From positions 1 to 64,000 of the forward strand of contig CAXXSL010000011.1 of assembly GCA_963675525.2 (NCBI GenBank): DNA of 64,000 nt, written 5' to 3'. The notes beneath the pieces were generated by a model, which worked only from the letters and a program-made list of their open reading frames with translations, did no database searches and had not been told where the DNA came from. The stretch comes from Anaerohalosphaeraceae bacterium (GTDB lineage: Bacteria; Planctomycetota; Phycisphaerae; Sedimentisphaerales; Anaerohalosphaeraceae). How positions within the stretch are numbered: the first letter of the stretch is position 1; each line of letters begins with the position of its first letter. Shown piece after piece: positions 30,510 through 40,758 of this stretch. Made by a program: the position numbers and the translations under genes.

Positions 30510-31781
30510 ATGATTGACATAAAACTGATTCGGGAAAACCCACAAAAATTCATAGACGCCGCAAAAGCCAAAAAGATTAAGGTTGATATTGACCGCCTGC
30601 TTGCAGTCGATGCGGAATTACTGGATATCAAGAAGAAACTTCAGGATCTTGTCACCGAAAAAAATCGCATCGGCAAGGACATCCCAAAGCTTGCCCCGGA
30701 CAAGAAGAACGAAGCCCTTGTGACGCTTTCAGCACTCAAAGAACAAGAGGCTTGTCTTAACGAACAGATCAAAAACATCCAGCCGGAATATGATGCCCTC
30801 ATGGGGCAGGTCGCTCAACCGGCCGCCCCGGAAGTGCCGCTGGGTGAGGACGATACGGAAAATGTTGAACTTCGAACCTGGGGAACGATTCGCCAATTTG
30901 ATTTTGCGCCGAAGGACCACGTTGAACTCGGCATGAATCTCGGCATCCTTGATATCGAGCGAGCCGTCAAACTGGCCGGAACACGCAATTATTTCCTGAA
31001 AGGTGACGGTGCTCTTTTGCATTGGGCGGTCCTGCGATTTTCCATGGACCACATGGTCGCCAAAGGCTATATACCCATGTCCGTGCCGCTATTGATGCGG
31101 GACGAGGTCATGATGGGAACAGGTTACTTCCCCGGATCCGAAGAACAAACTTACCAGATGGAGCGGGACACCTTGAATCTTGTCGGAACAGCGGAAGTAC
31201 CCGTCACCGCTTATCATTCAGGCGAAATCCTGAGAGAAGACCAGTTACCCGTGAAGTCCGTCGCGTTGAGCACCTGTTTCCGCCGTGAGGCCGGTGCGGC
31301 AGGAAAGGATACGCGAGGCCTTTACCGTATCCACCAGTTCGATAAGGTTGAGCAGGTCATCATCGGTGAAAACGATGAGCAAAAAAGTATCGACTATCAC
31401 AAAGAAATTCTGACTAATTCAGAGGACGTTTTGCAGGCGATGAAACTGCCCTATCGTGTGGTTAATGTCTGCACTGGCGACCTCGGACGCGGACAGGTTC
31501 AGAAATTCGACATTGAAACATGGATGCCGTCGCGAAACAGTTACGGCGAGACCCACTCGGCCAGCCGGTTTTATGAGTTCCAGGCTCGCCGGATGAATTT
31601 ACGATATAAAAACGCCGCGGGCAAAAACGTTTTTTGCCACACGTTGAACAATACCGTGATTGCGTCGCCGCGTGTTCTGATCCCGATTCTGGAACTGTAT
31701 CAGAATGCCGACGGCTCGGTGACAATCCCGGAGGTGTTACGACCTTACATGCACGGCAAGGAGGTCATTCAGGCAAGATAA
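30510..31781 (+). CDS. serS: Seryl-tRNA synthetase
   Basis: MIDIKLIREN start, coiled coil, GTAEVP, CFRREAG, RIHQFDKVE, HTLNNT. Confidence 0.97.
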   Translation: MIDIKLIRENPQKFIDAAKAKKIKVDIDRLLAVDAELLDIKKKLQDLVTEKNRIGKDIPKLAPDKKNEALVTLSALKEQEACLNEQIKNIQPEYDALMGQVAQPAAPEVPLGEDDTENVELRTWGTIRQFDFAPKDHVELGMNLGILDIERAVKLAGTRNYFLKGDGALLHWAVLRFSMDHMVAKGYIPMSVPLLMRDEVMMGTGYFPGSEEQTYQMERDTLNLVGTAEVPVTAYHSGEILREDQLPVKSVALSTCFRREAGAAGKDTRGLYRIHQFDKVEQVIIGENDEQKSIDYHKEILTNSEDVLQAMKLPYRVVNVCTGDLGRGQVQKFDIETWMPSRNSYGETHSASRFYEFQARRMNLRYKNAAGKNVFCHTLNNTVIASPRVLIPILELYQNADGSVTIPEVLRPYMHGKEVIQAR

Positions 31782-31801
31782 GACTATCTTGAGGGCCGAA
31801 C

Positions 31802-34357
31802 GTGAAACGAAGGAGCTTTAACCAGTCGGATCATATCCGCCTGAACATTCGATGGCTGAATGAGCGTTTTCAGATGCGGCCATTCATCGCCGAACACGTT
31901 TTTTCTACCTGTCCGATGCTGCCGCTGTCAGTAGCCTTTATTGCCGGGATCATCATTACCGATCAGTTGGGTATTTCATACGGGTTTCTGATTTGTCTGG
32001 CCGGGTTCTGTTCGGCTGGATTGTTGGGCTCATTTCGATTCGCGGCAAAAATAAAAACCTATATCGTCTTCATGTGTGCAGTCAGCCTGTTCTTTTGTCT
32101 GGGGGCTGCGCGTACTATTTATATCCGTCAAGAGCCGCCCGTTCATATCAGCCGGTGTTTAAAGAATGAGCGTGAACTGGCCACACTTCGCGGAATCGTC
32201 CGGTCTCAGGTTCTTGTCAATGAACAAAGCAGTAATTTTTCAAGCATTCCCTGGCTGAATTCAGGAAGCTCTTTTTACCTGTCCGTCAGCGCGATCAAAA
32301 CCGCATCCGGCTGGCAGAAATCACGCGGTAACGTCCGCGTGCAAATCGGCGAACCGGCCCGTCATATCACGCCGGGAAATACCGTGCAGGTTTACTGCTG
32401 GCTGAGCCGTTTTTCGCCGCCAGCCAATCCCGGCCAGTTTGACCTGCGAAAACACATGCACCGCCGAGGCGTGTTCGTCGCCGCCTCGGTCCCGGTCGCG
32501 GAGGGCGTAGAAGTCATCGGCAATGATTCGTCGCTGCTTTTTGGCCTTCGCTCAGCGTTCTATCGCTTTGCCGCCGACAACCTGCTGGATGAGACGATGA
32601 CGGACCCTGATGTACAGTCATTGACATCGGCCCTGCTGCTCGGCCGGCGAAGCCATTTGGATCCGGTGATCATTGCGGCGTTTCAGAAAACAAATTTGGC
32701 GCATTTCATCAGCCTGTCCGGAATGCATGTGGGTATTTTGGCCGGTTCTTTGTGGGTTTTGCTTCGTACGGCACAAATCCCAAAACGTCCACGTGCGGTG
32801 GTGTGCATCATCCTGATCGTCATTTATGCCCTCATTGTACCGCCACGTGCGGCCACGATGCGAGCTGTTTTCCTGAGTTCTTTTTTCTTCGTTTCAACAC
32901 TATTGCACCGCCGAACCAGTCCGGTCAATACGCTGGCATTATCGGCGGCCGTTTTACTGTTCGCCCGTCCGTATGAACTCTTCTTGGCGGGATGGCAACT
33001 GTCTTTTCTGTCCGTACTCGGAATTATCGTCTTCTACAGGTCCGTTCAATACCAACTCCTGAATCGTTTTTTTTATCCATTAATCCTGCTTTTAAAAAAT
33101 CGATTCATAACGATTCAGCATTTTCTATACGGCATTATTGAACTGCTCGCCGTCGGCATCTCGGCCTGGATCGTAATCGCCCCGATGCTGCTGTATTATT
33201 TCGGGCGGATCAATCCGCTGTCACCTCTCTGGACGGTCCTTGTTTTTCCGGCGGTACTTGTCATTTTATACACGGGGTTTATGAAAATCGTCCTGACACC
33301 CTTGCTGCCGACATTGGCCTCGCTGTTGGGGCTTATCCTAAACATGGCGGCTCATCTGCTTGAAAAGACCGTCGTGCTGCTTTCCAAAACGGACCTTCTT
33401 CAATTTGCCTCTGGTCGCCCGGGGGTACTTTTCATCTGTCTCCTTTATCTTTTTTTAGCCGTCACTTTTTTTCTTCCTTATCGGTATGTACGATGCAGAA
33501 AGTTGTTTTTGTCAATGCTGTTGATTTGTTTTCTTTTTCCCTTTATCTCACGGAAAGCCGAAAGTGTTCATGAATCAACTTTTGAAATGACGTGCCTGTC
33601 GGTCGGGCACGGTCAGACGATCGTTGTCTCGGCTCAGGGCAAACGACATTTTCTGTTTGATGCAGGCTCGATCACAAATCAGGACATCGCGAGAAAGACA
33701 ATCGCCCCGTTTTTACAACACCACAGCATCTTTGATCTGGATGCGATTTATCTCAGCCACGGGGACATGGACCATATTAATGCTGTGCCGGATATTACTG
33801 CGACAGTGCCGGTTAAGCATATCTTTGCCAACTCAGCACTGCTGGAAAATACAAAACAGCCGTCATTAGAGAAGCAGTTGATCACACGGCTTGAAGAACT
33901 TGGACTTCGGCTCGAACCTATTCAAGATAACTCCTATGGGCGGCTGACGACCAAAAGCCTCTGGCCCCCGCCGGACGTTGCATGCGATAATTCAATCGCT
34001 GAAAACGACCGTTCTGAAACTCTGCTCTTGTACTATGCGGGAAGGAAAATCCTGCTTTGCGGAGACATTGAAAGAACGGCTCAGAACCGATTCCTTGACT
34101 TGTATCCGACGCTGAACGTCGATGTAATGGTTTTGCCACATCACGGGTCAACCACAAACCTGGATACGAATTTTATTGAACAACTCGACCCCGAAATCAT
34201 GATCGCAAGCTGCTCGTTAAAGAATCTCGCAAATGCCTATACACCCGCAGAAAACTCAAACAGAAAAATCTTTTATACCGCTATCGATGGTGCCGTCACA
34301 GTAAAAATAAAAACCGACGGCACACTCCGCACCGACGGCTTTTTGAAATCACCATAA
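31802..34357 (+). CDS. comEC: ComEC/Rec2 DNA-uptake competence protein
   Basis: NPGQFD, HFISLSGMHVG, WQLSF and a metallo-beta-lactamase domain (VGHGQ, SHGDMDH, PHHGS). Confidence 0.93.
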   Translation: MKRRSFNQSDHIRLNIRWLNERFQMRPFIAEHVFSTCPMLPLSVAFIAGIIITDQLGISYGFLICLAGFCSAGLLGSFRFAAKIKTYIVFMCAVSLFFCLGAARTIYIRQEPPVHISRCLKNERELATLRGIVRSQVLVNEQSSNFSSIPWLNSGSSFYLSVSAIKTASGWQKSRGNVRVQIGEPARHITPGNTVQVYCWLSRFSPPANPGQFDLRKHMHRRGVFVAASVPVAEGVEVIGNDSSLLFGLRSAFYRFAADNLLDETMTDPDVQSLTSALLLGRRSHLDPVIIAAFQKTNLAHFISLSGMHVGILAGSLWVLLRTAQIPKRPRAVVCIILIVIYALIVPPRAATMRAVFLSSFFFVSTLLHRRTSPVNTLALSAAVLLFARPYELFLAGWQLSFLSVLGIIVFYRSVQYQLLNRFFYPLILLLKNRFITIQHFLYGIIELLAVGISAWIVIAPMLLYYFGRINPLSPLWTVLVFPAVLVILYTGFMKIVLTPLLPTLASLLGLILNMAAHLLEKTVVLLSKTDLLQFASGRPGVLFICLLYLFLAVTFFLPYRYVRCRKLFLSMLLICFLFPFISRKAESVHESTFEMTCLSVGHGQTIVVSAQGKRHFLFDAGSITNQDIARKTIAPFLQHHSIFDLDAIYLSHGDMDHINAVPDITATVPVKHIFANSALLENTKQPSLEKQLITRLEELGLRLEPIQDNSYGRLTTKSLWPPPDVACDNSIAENDRSETLLLYYAGRKILLCGDIERTAQNRFLDLYPTLNVDVMVLPHHGSTTNLDTNFIEQLDPEIMIASCSLKNLANAYTPAENSNRKIFYTAIDGAVTVKIKTDGTLRTDGFLKSP

Positions 34358-34427
34358 AAATCAAAACCACCATCCGCCACAGGCGGATTCCATGATTTTG
34401 ATATTTACTATCTAATTTTTAATTTGA

Positions 34428-35093
34428 TTATCGTGTATGAACCACGATCTCAACGCGACGGTTCTTGGCCTTGCCTGATGAACTCGAATTGCTGGCAACC
34501 GGACGGCTTTCACCGCAGGCCACCCCTCGAATCGCCTCGGCTCGAACTCCGCGATCAACCAGATAACGTAAAACCGTCAACGCACGTTCGGCCGACAGAT
34601 CCCAGTTGTCTTTGTAGAGATTCTTGGTCTTTCGGATCGGATCAGTATCCGTATGGCCGACCACGTCGATCGCTTTGCCGGAATACCGTTCACGCAGAAC
34701 GCCATAGATATGATCCAGTTCGGAATTGGTTGCCGTCTTCAAATCAGATTTTCCGGAATTAAAGAGGATCGCATTCGGCAGCGTCACCGTAATCGTACCG
34801 GCGGCTTCATCGACCTTAACATCACCCTTAAAACCGGTATCCTGTGCCGAGGCCTTTTGTGACTTCAGCGCGTTTAGTTCGCTCTGACAATTGGCAAGCT
34901 GCTGATTCAACTGACCCTGATCAGACGCTGAACCGTCGAGCGATGCGACGCAGTTCTCATAGAGCCCCTTCAGGTTCTGGTGCTCCACTTCGAGGGAACT
35001 GTATTTCTTTTTCCAATTCGTACAACCGGTCAAAACGGTTGCCACACCCATCATTGCACAAACCAAGATTATTGTTCGAACACTGCGTTTCAT
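34428..35093 (-). CDS. OmpA/MotB-family lipoprotein
   Basis: Lipobox LTGC, coiled coil, ILFNSG, GHTD, NWDLSAERA, NRRVEI. GGAGG precedes the ATG at 35093. Confidence 0.9.
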   Translation of the reverse strand: MKRSVRTIILVCAMMGVATVLTGCTNWKKKYSSLEVEHQNLKGLYENCVASLDGSASDQGQLNQQLANCQSELNALKSQKASAQDTGFKGDVKVDEAAGTITVTLPNAILFNSGKSDLKTATNSELDHIYGVLRERYSGKAIDVVGHTDTDPIRKTKNLYKDNWDLSAERALTVLRYLVDRGVRAEAIRGVACGESRPVASNSSSSGKAKNRRVEIVVHTR

Positions 35094-35123
35094 AATGACC
35101 TCCATTTCGTTCTATCGAAATTG

Positions 35124-36302
35124 CTAAAAACCATACAAGTTTATGAGGATACTCTGTATCCAATCATAGAAGATAATAACGGCAAAGACGGCCATTGACA
35201 AGAACGGACCGTACGGAATTTGTCTCATTTTTTTAAAAATTGCCTGATACAGCGCCCACAGGATGCCAAAAAACGGCGCGATAAAAAACGCCAGTACCAC
35301 CCATTTGGCCCCGATGATCGCTCCAGCGGCCCCCATCAGATGGACATCTCCCAGTCCCATCGCCTCCTTATTGAAGGCCAGGGTACCGAAAATTCGGGTC
35401 GCCCAAACAACTGTACAGCCGGCCAAATAGCCTTCCAGACTGCCCAAAAGCCCTGAAATAACCGGATATTCGATGAAATTGGCCCATTTTTCCGAAATCG
35501 CCGGGATTTGCGTGACTTTTAGGGCCACAACTGCCCCGAGGATGACAGGCAGCAAAAACAGCGTTTCTTTGAGCACTTCTTTACGGTCATTATAATCATG
35601 CTCGTCATCAAAGGGCTTGGCGTTGTCGATATCGTCGATTTCCTCTCCCTCGGCCATTTCATAGCTGGGTTTGATCAGACCCGTTTTCAGGGCAATCAGC
35701 GACACGATCAGCCCGATCGCTCCACCCAGGGCAACGGCTGCCGGGTCAGGGGAACCGGCCGCAGCAGGAAAAAGGCCGACCCCCGGAGAGGCGATCACAA
35801 AGGGGGCCGCTGCAGAGCCTGCAAAGCCGATCAAGGTTACGAACCAGCAGAGTTCCAGGGGGATAATGAATAACTCCATGTCGATAGCCGAAGCGGCCAG
35901 AAAACTCGCCACAAGGGTCATCGTCACCAGATAAAACAGCCAGCCGCCGCCGAAAAAAAACTGCTGGAAGGCAGACGTTCCGGCAATACCGGTCTGACGC
36001 AGATTAAACCAAAAAAAGAACAGATACACCCCGCCGAATAAAACGGCTGTCAGTAACTCGACAATAAAATAGCGGCACGAGATCGGCGCCTTGCAATCGG
36101 GACATTTGCCCCGCAATATCACCCATGAAAAAAGCGGGATGTTGTTGTAGAACCGGATCGGCGTCTCGCAGGCCGGACAGGCCGAGGGCGGACTGACAAG
36201 CGACTTATTCCGAGGCAAACGATAGATCACCACGTTCAGGAAACTCCCCAAGCAGGCTCCGAACGCAAAGATGAACACCAGCCAAATCCATTCGACTGCC
36301 AT
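35124..36302 (-). CDS. pilD: Prepilin peptidase/N-methyltransferase (A24) with an acidic insertion
   Basis: [36 protein letters not shown]. Confidence 0.93.
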   Translation of the reverse strand: MAVEWIWLVFIFAFGACLGSFLNVVIYRLPRNKSLVSPPSACPACETPIRFYNNIPLFSWVILRGKCPDCKAPISCRYFIVELLTAVLFGGVYLFFFWFNLRQTGIAGTSAFQQFFFGGGWLFYLVTMTLVASFLAASAIDMELFIIPLELCWFVTLIGFAGSAAAPFVIASPGVGLFPAAAGSPDPAAVALGGAIGLIVSLIALKTGLIKPSYEMAEGEEIDDIDNAKPFDDEHDYNDRKEVLKETLFLLPVILGAVVALKVTQIPAISEKWANFIEYPVISGLLGSLEGYLAGCTVVWATRIFGTLAFNKEAMGLGDVHLMGAAGAIIGAKWVVLAFFIAPFFGILWALYQAIFKKMRQIPYGPFLSMAVFAVIIFYDWIQSILINLYGF

Positions 36303-36317
36303 AGTTTACCGCCTTCC

Positions 36318-37577
36318 CTATTTCTTTTTGGATTTCGGTTTTACCTTTTTGGCTTTCGCCGATACCTGACGTTCAACAACACCCGCAACAGTCATGGGCA
36401 ACCCAAACAGCCGGATGAATCCTGTCGCATCGCTGGGGTTGTATTCTTCGCCCATGGTGAAGCTGGCCAGATGCGGATTATAGAGACTCTTGGGACTCTT
36501 AACACCAGCCAGGGTCGCCTGCCCCTTATAGAGTTTCAGCCGAACGCTGCCGGTCATGTTCTCCTGCGTTACATCCACAAACGCATCCAGCGCCTGACGC
36601 AGTTTGCAGAACCATTGGCCGTTATAAACCATCTCGGCATATTTCAACGCAATATGCTGTTTGTAGTGGGCCGTATCCCGGTCCAGCACCAGCATCTCCA
36701 GTGCCCGATGAGCCGTACATAGAATCGTTCCACCGGGCGTCTCATACACACCCCGCGATTTCATGCCAACCAGTCGATTTTCCACCAGATCCGCCTGACC
36801 AACACCATGCAGCCCGCCGATGTCATTCAGCGTTTCGATCATTTTCACACCGCCAACTGCCCGGCCGTTCAACTTGACGGGGATGCCTTTCTCAAAACCG
36901 ACTTCAACATAATCCGGTTTATTGGGAGCTTTCGATATCGGCCGGCTCATGACAAACAGGTTGTCCTTCGGCTCGTTCCACGGGTCCTCAAGGTCGGCCC
37001 CTTCATGGCTGATATGCCACAGGTTCCGGTCCCGCGAATAGATTTTCTTTTTCGATTGGTCAATCGGAATATTGCGTGCTTTGGCATAGTCAACCGCCGC
37101 TTCCCGGCTGGTCAGTGTGAAGTTCGGATCTTTCCACGGCGCGATGATCTTCAGCTTCGGGTCGAGTGCCAAAAACGTCAACTCAAACCGGACCTGGTCA
37201 TTGCCCTTACCGGTCGCTCCGTGGGACACAGCCGTTGCGCCAGTCTGGTGAGCGACATCGACCTGATGCTTGGCGATCAGCGGCCGGGCGATACTGGTTC
37301 CCAACAGATAACCGTTTTCATAGATCGCCCCGCTTTTGAGCATCGGCCAGAGATAATCTTCAACAAATTCTTTACGCAGGTCTTTAACGATGCACTTTAC
37401 CGCACCGGTCGCCATTGCCTTCTTCTGGATACCAACCAGTTCGCTGCCCTGACCGAGCTCGGCGGCAAACGCCACAACCTCATAGCCATACGTTTCCTTC
37501 AGCCACGGCAGGATCACACTCGTATCCAGCCCGCCGCTGTAAGCCAAAACAACCTTTTCTGCTTTTTTCGTCGCCAT
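36318..37577 (-). CDS. argG: Argininosuccinate synthase
   Basis: [39 protein letters not shown]. Confidence 0.98.
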   Translation of the reverse strand: MATKKAEKVVLAYSGGLDTSVILPWLKETYGYEVVAFAAELGQGSELVGIQKKAMATGAVKCIVKDLRKEFVEDYLWPMLKSGAIYENGYLLGTSIARPLIAKHQVDVAHQTGATAVSHGATGKGNDQVRFELTFLALDPKLKIIAPWKDPNFTLTSREAAVDYAKARNIPIDQSKKKIYSRDRNLWHISHEGADLEDPWNEPKDNLFVMSRPISKAPNKPDYVEVGFEKGIPVKLNGRAVGGVKMIETLNDIGGLHGVGQADLVENRLVGMKSRGVYETPGGTILCTAHRALEMLVLDRDTAHYKQHIALKYAEMVYNGQWFCKLRQALDAFVDVTQENMTGSVRLKLYKGQATLAGVKSPKSLYNPHLASFTMGEEYNPSDATGFIRLFGLPMTVAGVVERQVSAKAKKVKPKSKKK

Positions 37578-37700
37578 CTGTAATTTCCTGTTAAAAATAT
37601 TTGTACTATCTGTTGAATGGCTGGATTATACGGTGAAATGGAGAAAATAACAACAATCTCTACTGAAATTTAAGCGTGTTTTTTTTGCCCTTTAAATGGG

Positions 37701-39260
37701 CTATTGAACGGGTGATAATCTGGAATAGACGATCTGTCGCATGCGGTCTTCGTCCGGTTCGTCGCCGATGAAGATCTTGTACTGAGCCATGGCCTGACGG
37801 ATGAACATCTCGGCACCATTGACCACCGTTGCTCCGGCGGCTTTGGCTTGTTTCAACAAAAGCGTTTCAAGCGGATTATAGACCGTATCAAAGACCGTCA
37901 TGTCGGCTTTGAGAACGCCTTCCGGCACCGGCGATACGTCCACATTCGGATGCATCCCCAGACTCGTGCAATTGACCACCACCGACACGTCCATTGCAGG
38001 CAACTCATCAATTCCGGCCGCCCGGCAGCGAAATTCCTGGGCCAGCGACTCGGCCTTTTTAGCTGTACGATTATACACCGTCACCCTGGCCCCCACATCC
38101 ACTAATCCCGCCACGACCGCACGGGCCGCACCGCCGGCCCCGATGACCGCGACCTTCACGGCATGAAGGCTATGCTTATCGCCACCCATCGCGGCAACCA
38201 GCGCATCCATCGCCCCGCTGTAATCCGTATTGTATGCGCTCAACAGCCCGTTAAAACCGATCTTCAGCGTATTAACGGCACCGATCGTCTCGGCCAGATT
38301 GTCCACATAATCGCCTCGCTGATTGGCAAAATCCAGTGCATGCGTCTTGTGCGGAATTGTGATACTGAACCCGCCAAAGCCCATCTTTGAACGGCTCAGT
38401 ACATTCTGTAAAAATTCATCAAATTCCTGCTCTTCCCCTTCAACCAAAAACTGCAGATGGATCGCATCAATCTTGTTGGAATCAAAGCAGGCATTGTAAA
38501 GGACCGGGCTTATCGAGTGTGCAACCGGGTTCCCGACGACACCGAATATTTCGGTTGCTGCGTCCAGATGGTCCCAGCGGTACAATTGCTTCATGTCGGC
38601 CACGGATATCTGCCCGGGGGCCGTGGCGGCATCTTCATCGAGCGAGGCAAATGTCAGGAATGATCCGAATTTTTTTGCCAGAATACGGCTGATCTGTCCG
38701 GCCGGACCCATCGCAAACGCAATCACAGGGCTGTCGGCCTGGTGCAGCAAGTCAAACGCCACAAAACAATCGTTGATATGCTTGGCCTTGTAAACGATCT
38801 TCGGGATCGCCTCCGGATAAACCGAAAGGATCGATTCGTATTCCAGATTCAGATTTTCAAACGGCCCTTTGAAATTATGGCGAGACAGGATCAATTGCGT
38901 ACTCGGATACTGCTCAAGCATAGCGCGGATCACCGATTGAACATCGGGATGTTTAAAGCTTTGAAGTTCAACATCCACAAAATCGGCACCCGCGACAATT
39001 GCGGCCCGCAAAATACTCAACCGCAGCGACATCTCCAGGTCGGCGACGCCCCCTTCGGCTTTGGCTCGACAGGTCACGATGGTCTCAAGGTTATGCTTTC
39101 TGACATAATTAATGAGTTCCGTGACAACTTCCGGACACGGATTGTCCAGCGAGTCCGTCCGTATCTCGATTATTTCAGCGCCTTGTTCACTGGCAGACTG
39201 CGCCTGCACGGCAAAGCTTGCCGGGTCTTTCGCTAAAATTGAAACTGCCAGATAACTCAT
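37701..39260 (-). CDS. aroDE: Bifunctional type I 3-dehydroquinate dehydratase / shikimate dehydrogenase (AroD-AroE fusion)
   Basis: N-terminal EIRTD, TCR..EGG, SRH, MG..G.ISR, APGQ; C-terminal HSISP, TIPHK, GAVNT, NTD, GAGGAA, DTVYNP. Confidence 0.95.
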   Translation of the reverse strand: MSYLAVSILAKDPASFAVQAQSASEQGAEIIEIRTDSLDNPCPEVVTELINYVRKHNLETIVTCRAKAEGGVADLEMSLRLSILRAAIVAGADFVDVELQSFKHPDVQSVIRAMLEQYPSTQLILSRHNFKGPFENLNLEYESILSVYPEAIPKIVYKAKHINDCFVAFDLLHQADSPVIAFAMGPAGQISRILAKKFGSFLTFASLDEDAATAPGQISVADMKQLYRWDHLDAATEIFGVVGNPVAHSISPVLYNACFDSNKIDAIHLQFLVEGEEQEFDEFLQNVLSRSKMGFGGFSITIPHKTHALDFANQRGDYVDNLAETIGAVNTLKIGFNGLLSAYNTDYSGAMDALVAAMGGDKHSLHAVKVAVIGAGGAARAVVAGLVDVGARVTVYNRTAKKAESLAQEFRCRAAGIDELPAMDVSVVVNCTSLGMHPNVDVSPVPEGVLKADMTVFDTVYNPLETLLLKQAKAAGATVVNGAEMFIRQAMAQYKIFIGDEPDEDRMRQIVYSRLSPVQ

Positions 39261-39305
39261 GCTTACACGTATATCCGACCGTTTTACGAAATGCAAGTGC
39301 ATTTT

Positions 39306-39929
39306 TTACGGCATGGCTGATTTTGCCTTTTCGGTTTTAGGAACAGCATATTTTACAGAACACCCATAAGGCTGCGTTTTTTGCGTTGTAACGGTCTTTG
39401 CAGCCGTTAATTCGGACAGTGCCTGATCGGCATAATTGATATATTTTTCAGGCTTCTTTCCCAGCGGCGCATTATCGATCGCGCCCTGATAAGCGATCTG
39501 TCCCTTAGCATCAACGATAAACAGATGCGGGGTGGTTTTAGCGCCATACAGCTTTCCGACTTTGCCGTCGGCATCCAACAACACCGGCTGTTTTAACTGA
39601 TGCTGTTCGGCCCAGGCCTTATTGGTTTCGGCTGTCGCATAATGGGTACTGTTAATCGTCAGCCATACCACCTTTTTGTCAGCATATTTCGCCGCCAGGT
39701 CTTTCATCGTGTGCGTTTTTTTGTTGTAATGGGCCTTGACGAACGGACAGTCATAATTGGCCCACTCCAGCACCACGACATGGCCGAGAAGTTTGCTTAA
39801 CTGAACTTCTTTACCGTTAGCGTCGGTCAATTTAAAATCCGGAGCTTTTACCGGTTCGGCGGACATGGCAAGCCCTGCCAACACCAAAAAGCTGACAAAT
39901 ACCGTTTTATATTTAACATTTAATCTCAT
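39306..39929 (-). CDS. Exported redoxin / peroxiredoxin-like thioredoxin-fold protein
   Basis: Signal peptide, APDFKL, NYDCPFV, AKTTPH, YQGAID, GCSVKY. Confidence 0.88.
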   Translation of the reverse strand: MRLNVKYKTVFVSFLVLAGLAMSAEPVKAPDFKLTDANGKEVQLSKLLGHVVVLEWANYDCPFVKAHYNKKTHTMKDLAAKYADKKVVWLTINSTHYATAETNKAWAEQHQLKQPVLLDADGKVGKLYGAKTTPHLFIVDAKGQIAYQGAIDNAPLGKKPEKYINYADQALSELTAAKTVTTQKTQPYGCSVKYAVPKTEKAKSAMP

Positions 39930-39987
39930 TGTACACACCTTTCCGTTTTTGCATGTTTAGTAAGTCAATCCATCTGTATCGTAGGTC

Positions 39988-40015
39988 TATACGGTCGATG
40001 CAGACGGCGGTTTAC
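39988..40015 (-). promoter_or_regulatory. ECF-sigma promoter upstream of the redoxin gene
   Basis: GTAAAC-N16-CGTATA on the minus strand. Confidence 0.6.
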
Positions 40016-40076
40016 CAAAATCAAAAAAAATCTCGACTAGAATGAATAAATTGGGGATTTCTTCATCTCCGAAGAT

Positions 40077-40700
40077 CTATTCGATGGGAATCATCACTTC
40101 GTTTCGCCTCATAAACCATAGCTCAAAGGGTGGATTATAACGGGCAAAGATCGGTTCTGCCGCAGCAACCAGCCCTTTTCGTTTTATGAACTCCTGTAAA
40201 GAAGCTTTCTTTGCTTCATACCGCTTTTGGCTCCAGGTGCCTGAATACCGGATAGCAGCAACGCGTTGAGCAGGGATTTCATTAATGACAACCTCAGGGT
40301 CCAAGGGTTGCGGCAGGGTTTGCAGAGAATATTTTGAAGGCATGACAAAGCTGACAGCGTATTGCTGTCCTGATCGCTGCTGAGTGACGGGAGCGGTCAT
40401 CGAAATCTTTTCAGAGTCTGCTTTCTGAATAACAGGAGCGGTCATTGAAATGGATTCCTGCGCCTTGTTTTCTCCCGAGATGTACCGGAACAGCCGTCTG
40501 AAAGCAACATTGCCGGCATCCTTAAAGTCCGCATCCACCCTCGTCTCAGCAATGAGATAAGGGTTATATTGGCGAATTTCAAACTCGCCTACCTTCTCGA
40601 GGACCGTATATGTTGGTTTTTCAATTCCCACGGCACACGAACATAATAAAAAGGGTAAACATAATACGATTGACAACAGGATGGATCTTACTGTTTTCAT
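40077..40700 (-). CDS. SOUL heme-binding family protein, probable lipoprotein
   Basis: E.P.Y.V, FEIRQY, FRRLFRYISG.N, ISMTAPV twice, FVMP, YNPP..RRNEV. Confidence 0.92.
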   Translation of the reverse strand: MKTVRSILLSIVLCLPFLLCSCAVGIEKPTYTVLEKVGEFEIRQYNPYLIAETRVDADFKDAGNVAFRRLFRYISGENKAQESISMTAPVIQKADSEKISMTAPVTQQRSGQQYAVSFVMPSKYSLQTLPQPLDPEVVINEIPAQRVAAIRYSGTWSQKRYEAKKASLQEFIKRKGLVAAAEPIFARYNPPFELWFMRRNEVMIPIE

Positions 40701-40758
40701 AAAAAGCCCTTTCGCTATTCATCTCCAAATCTCAATTCCTTTAGAAAAAGAAACCGTT

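Noticed and set aside
30510..31781. SerRS-like amino acid:carrier protein ligase serving the ACP cluster
   Set aside because: The protein is full-length with the N-terminal tRNA-binding coiled coil, so it is ordinary SerS.
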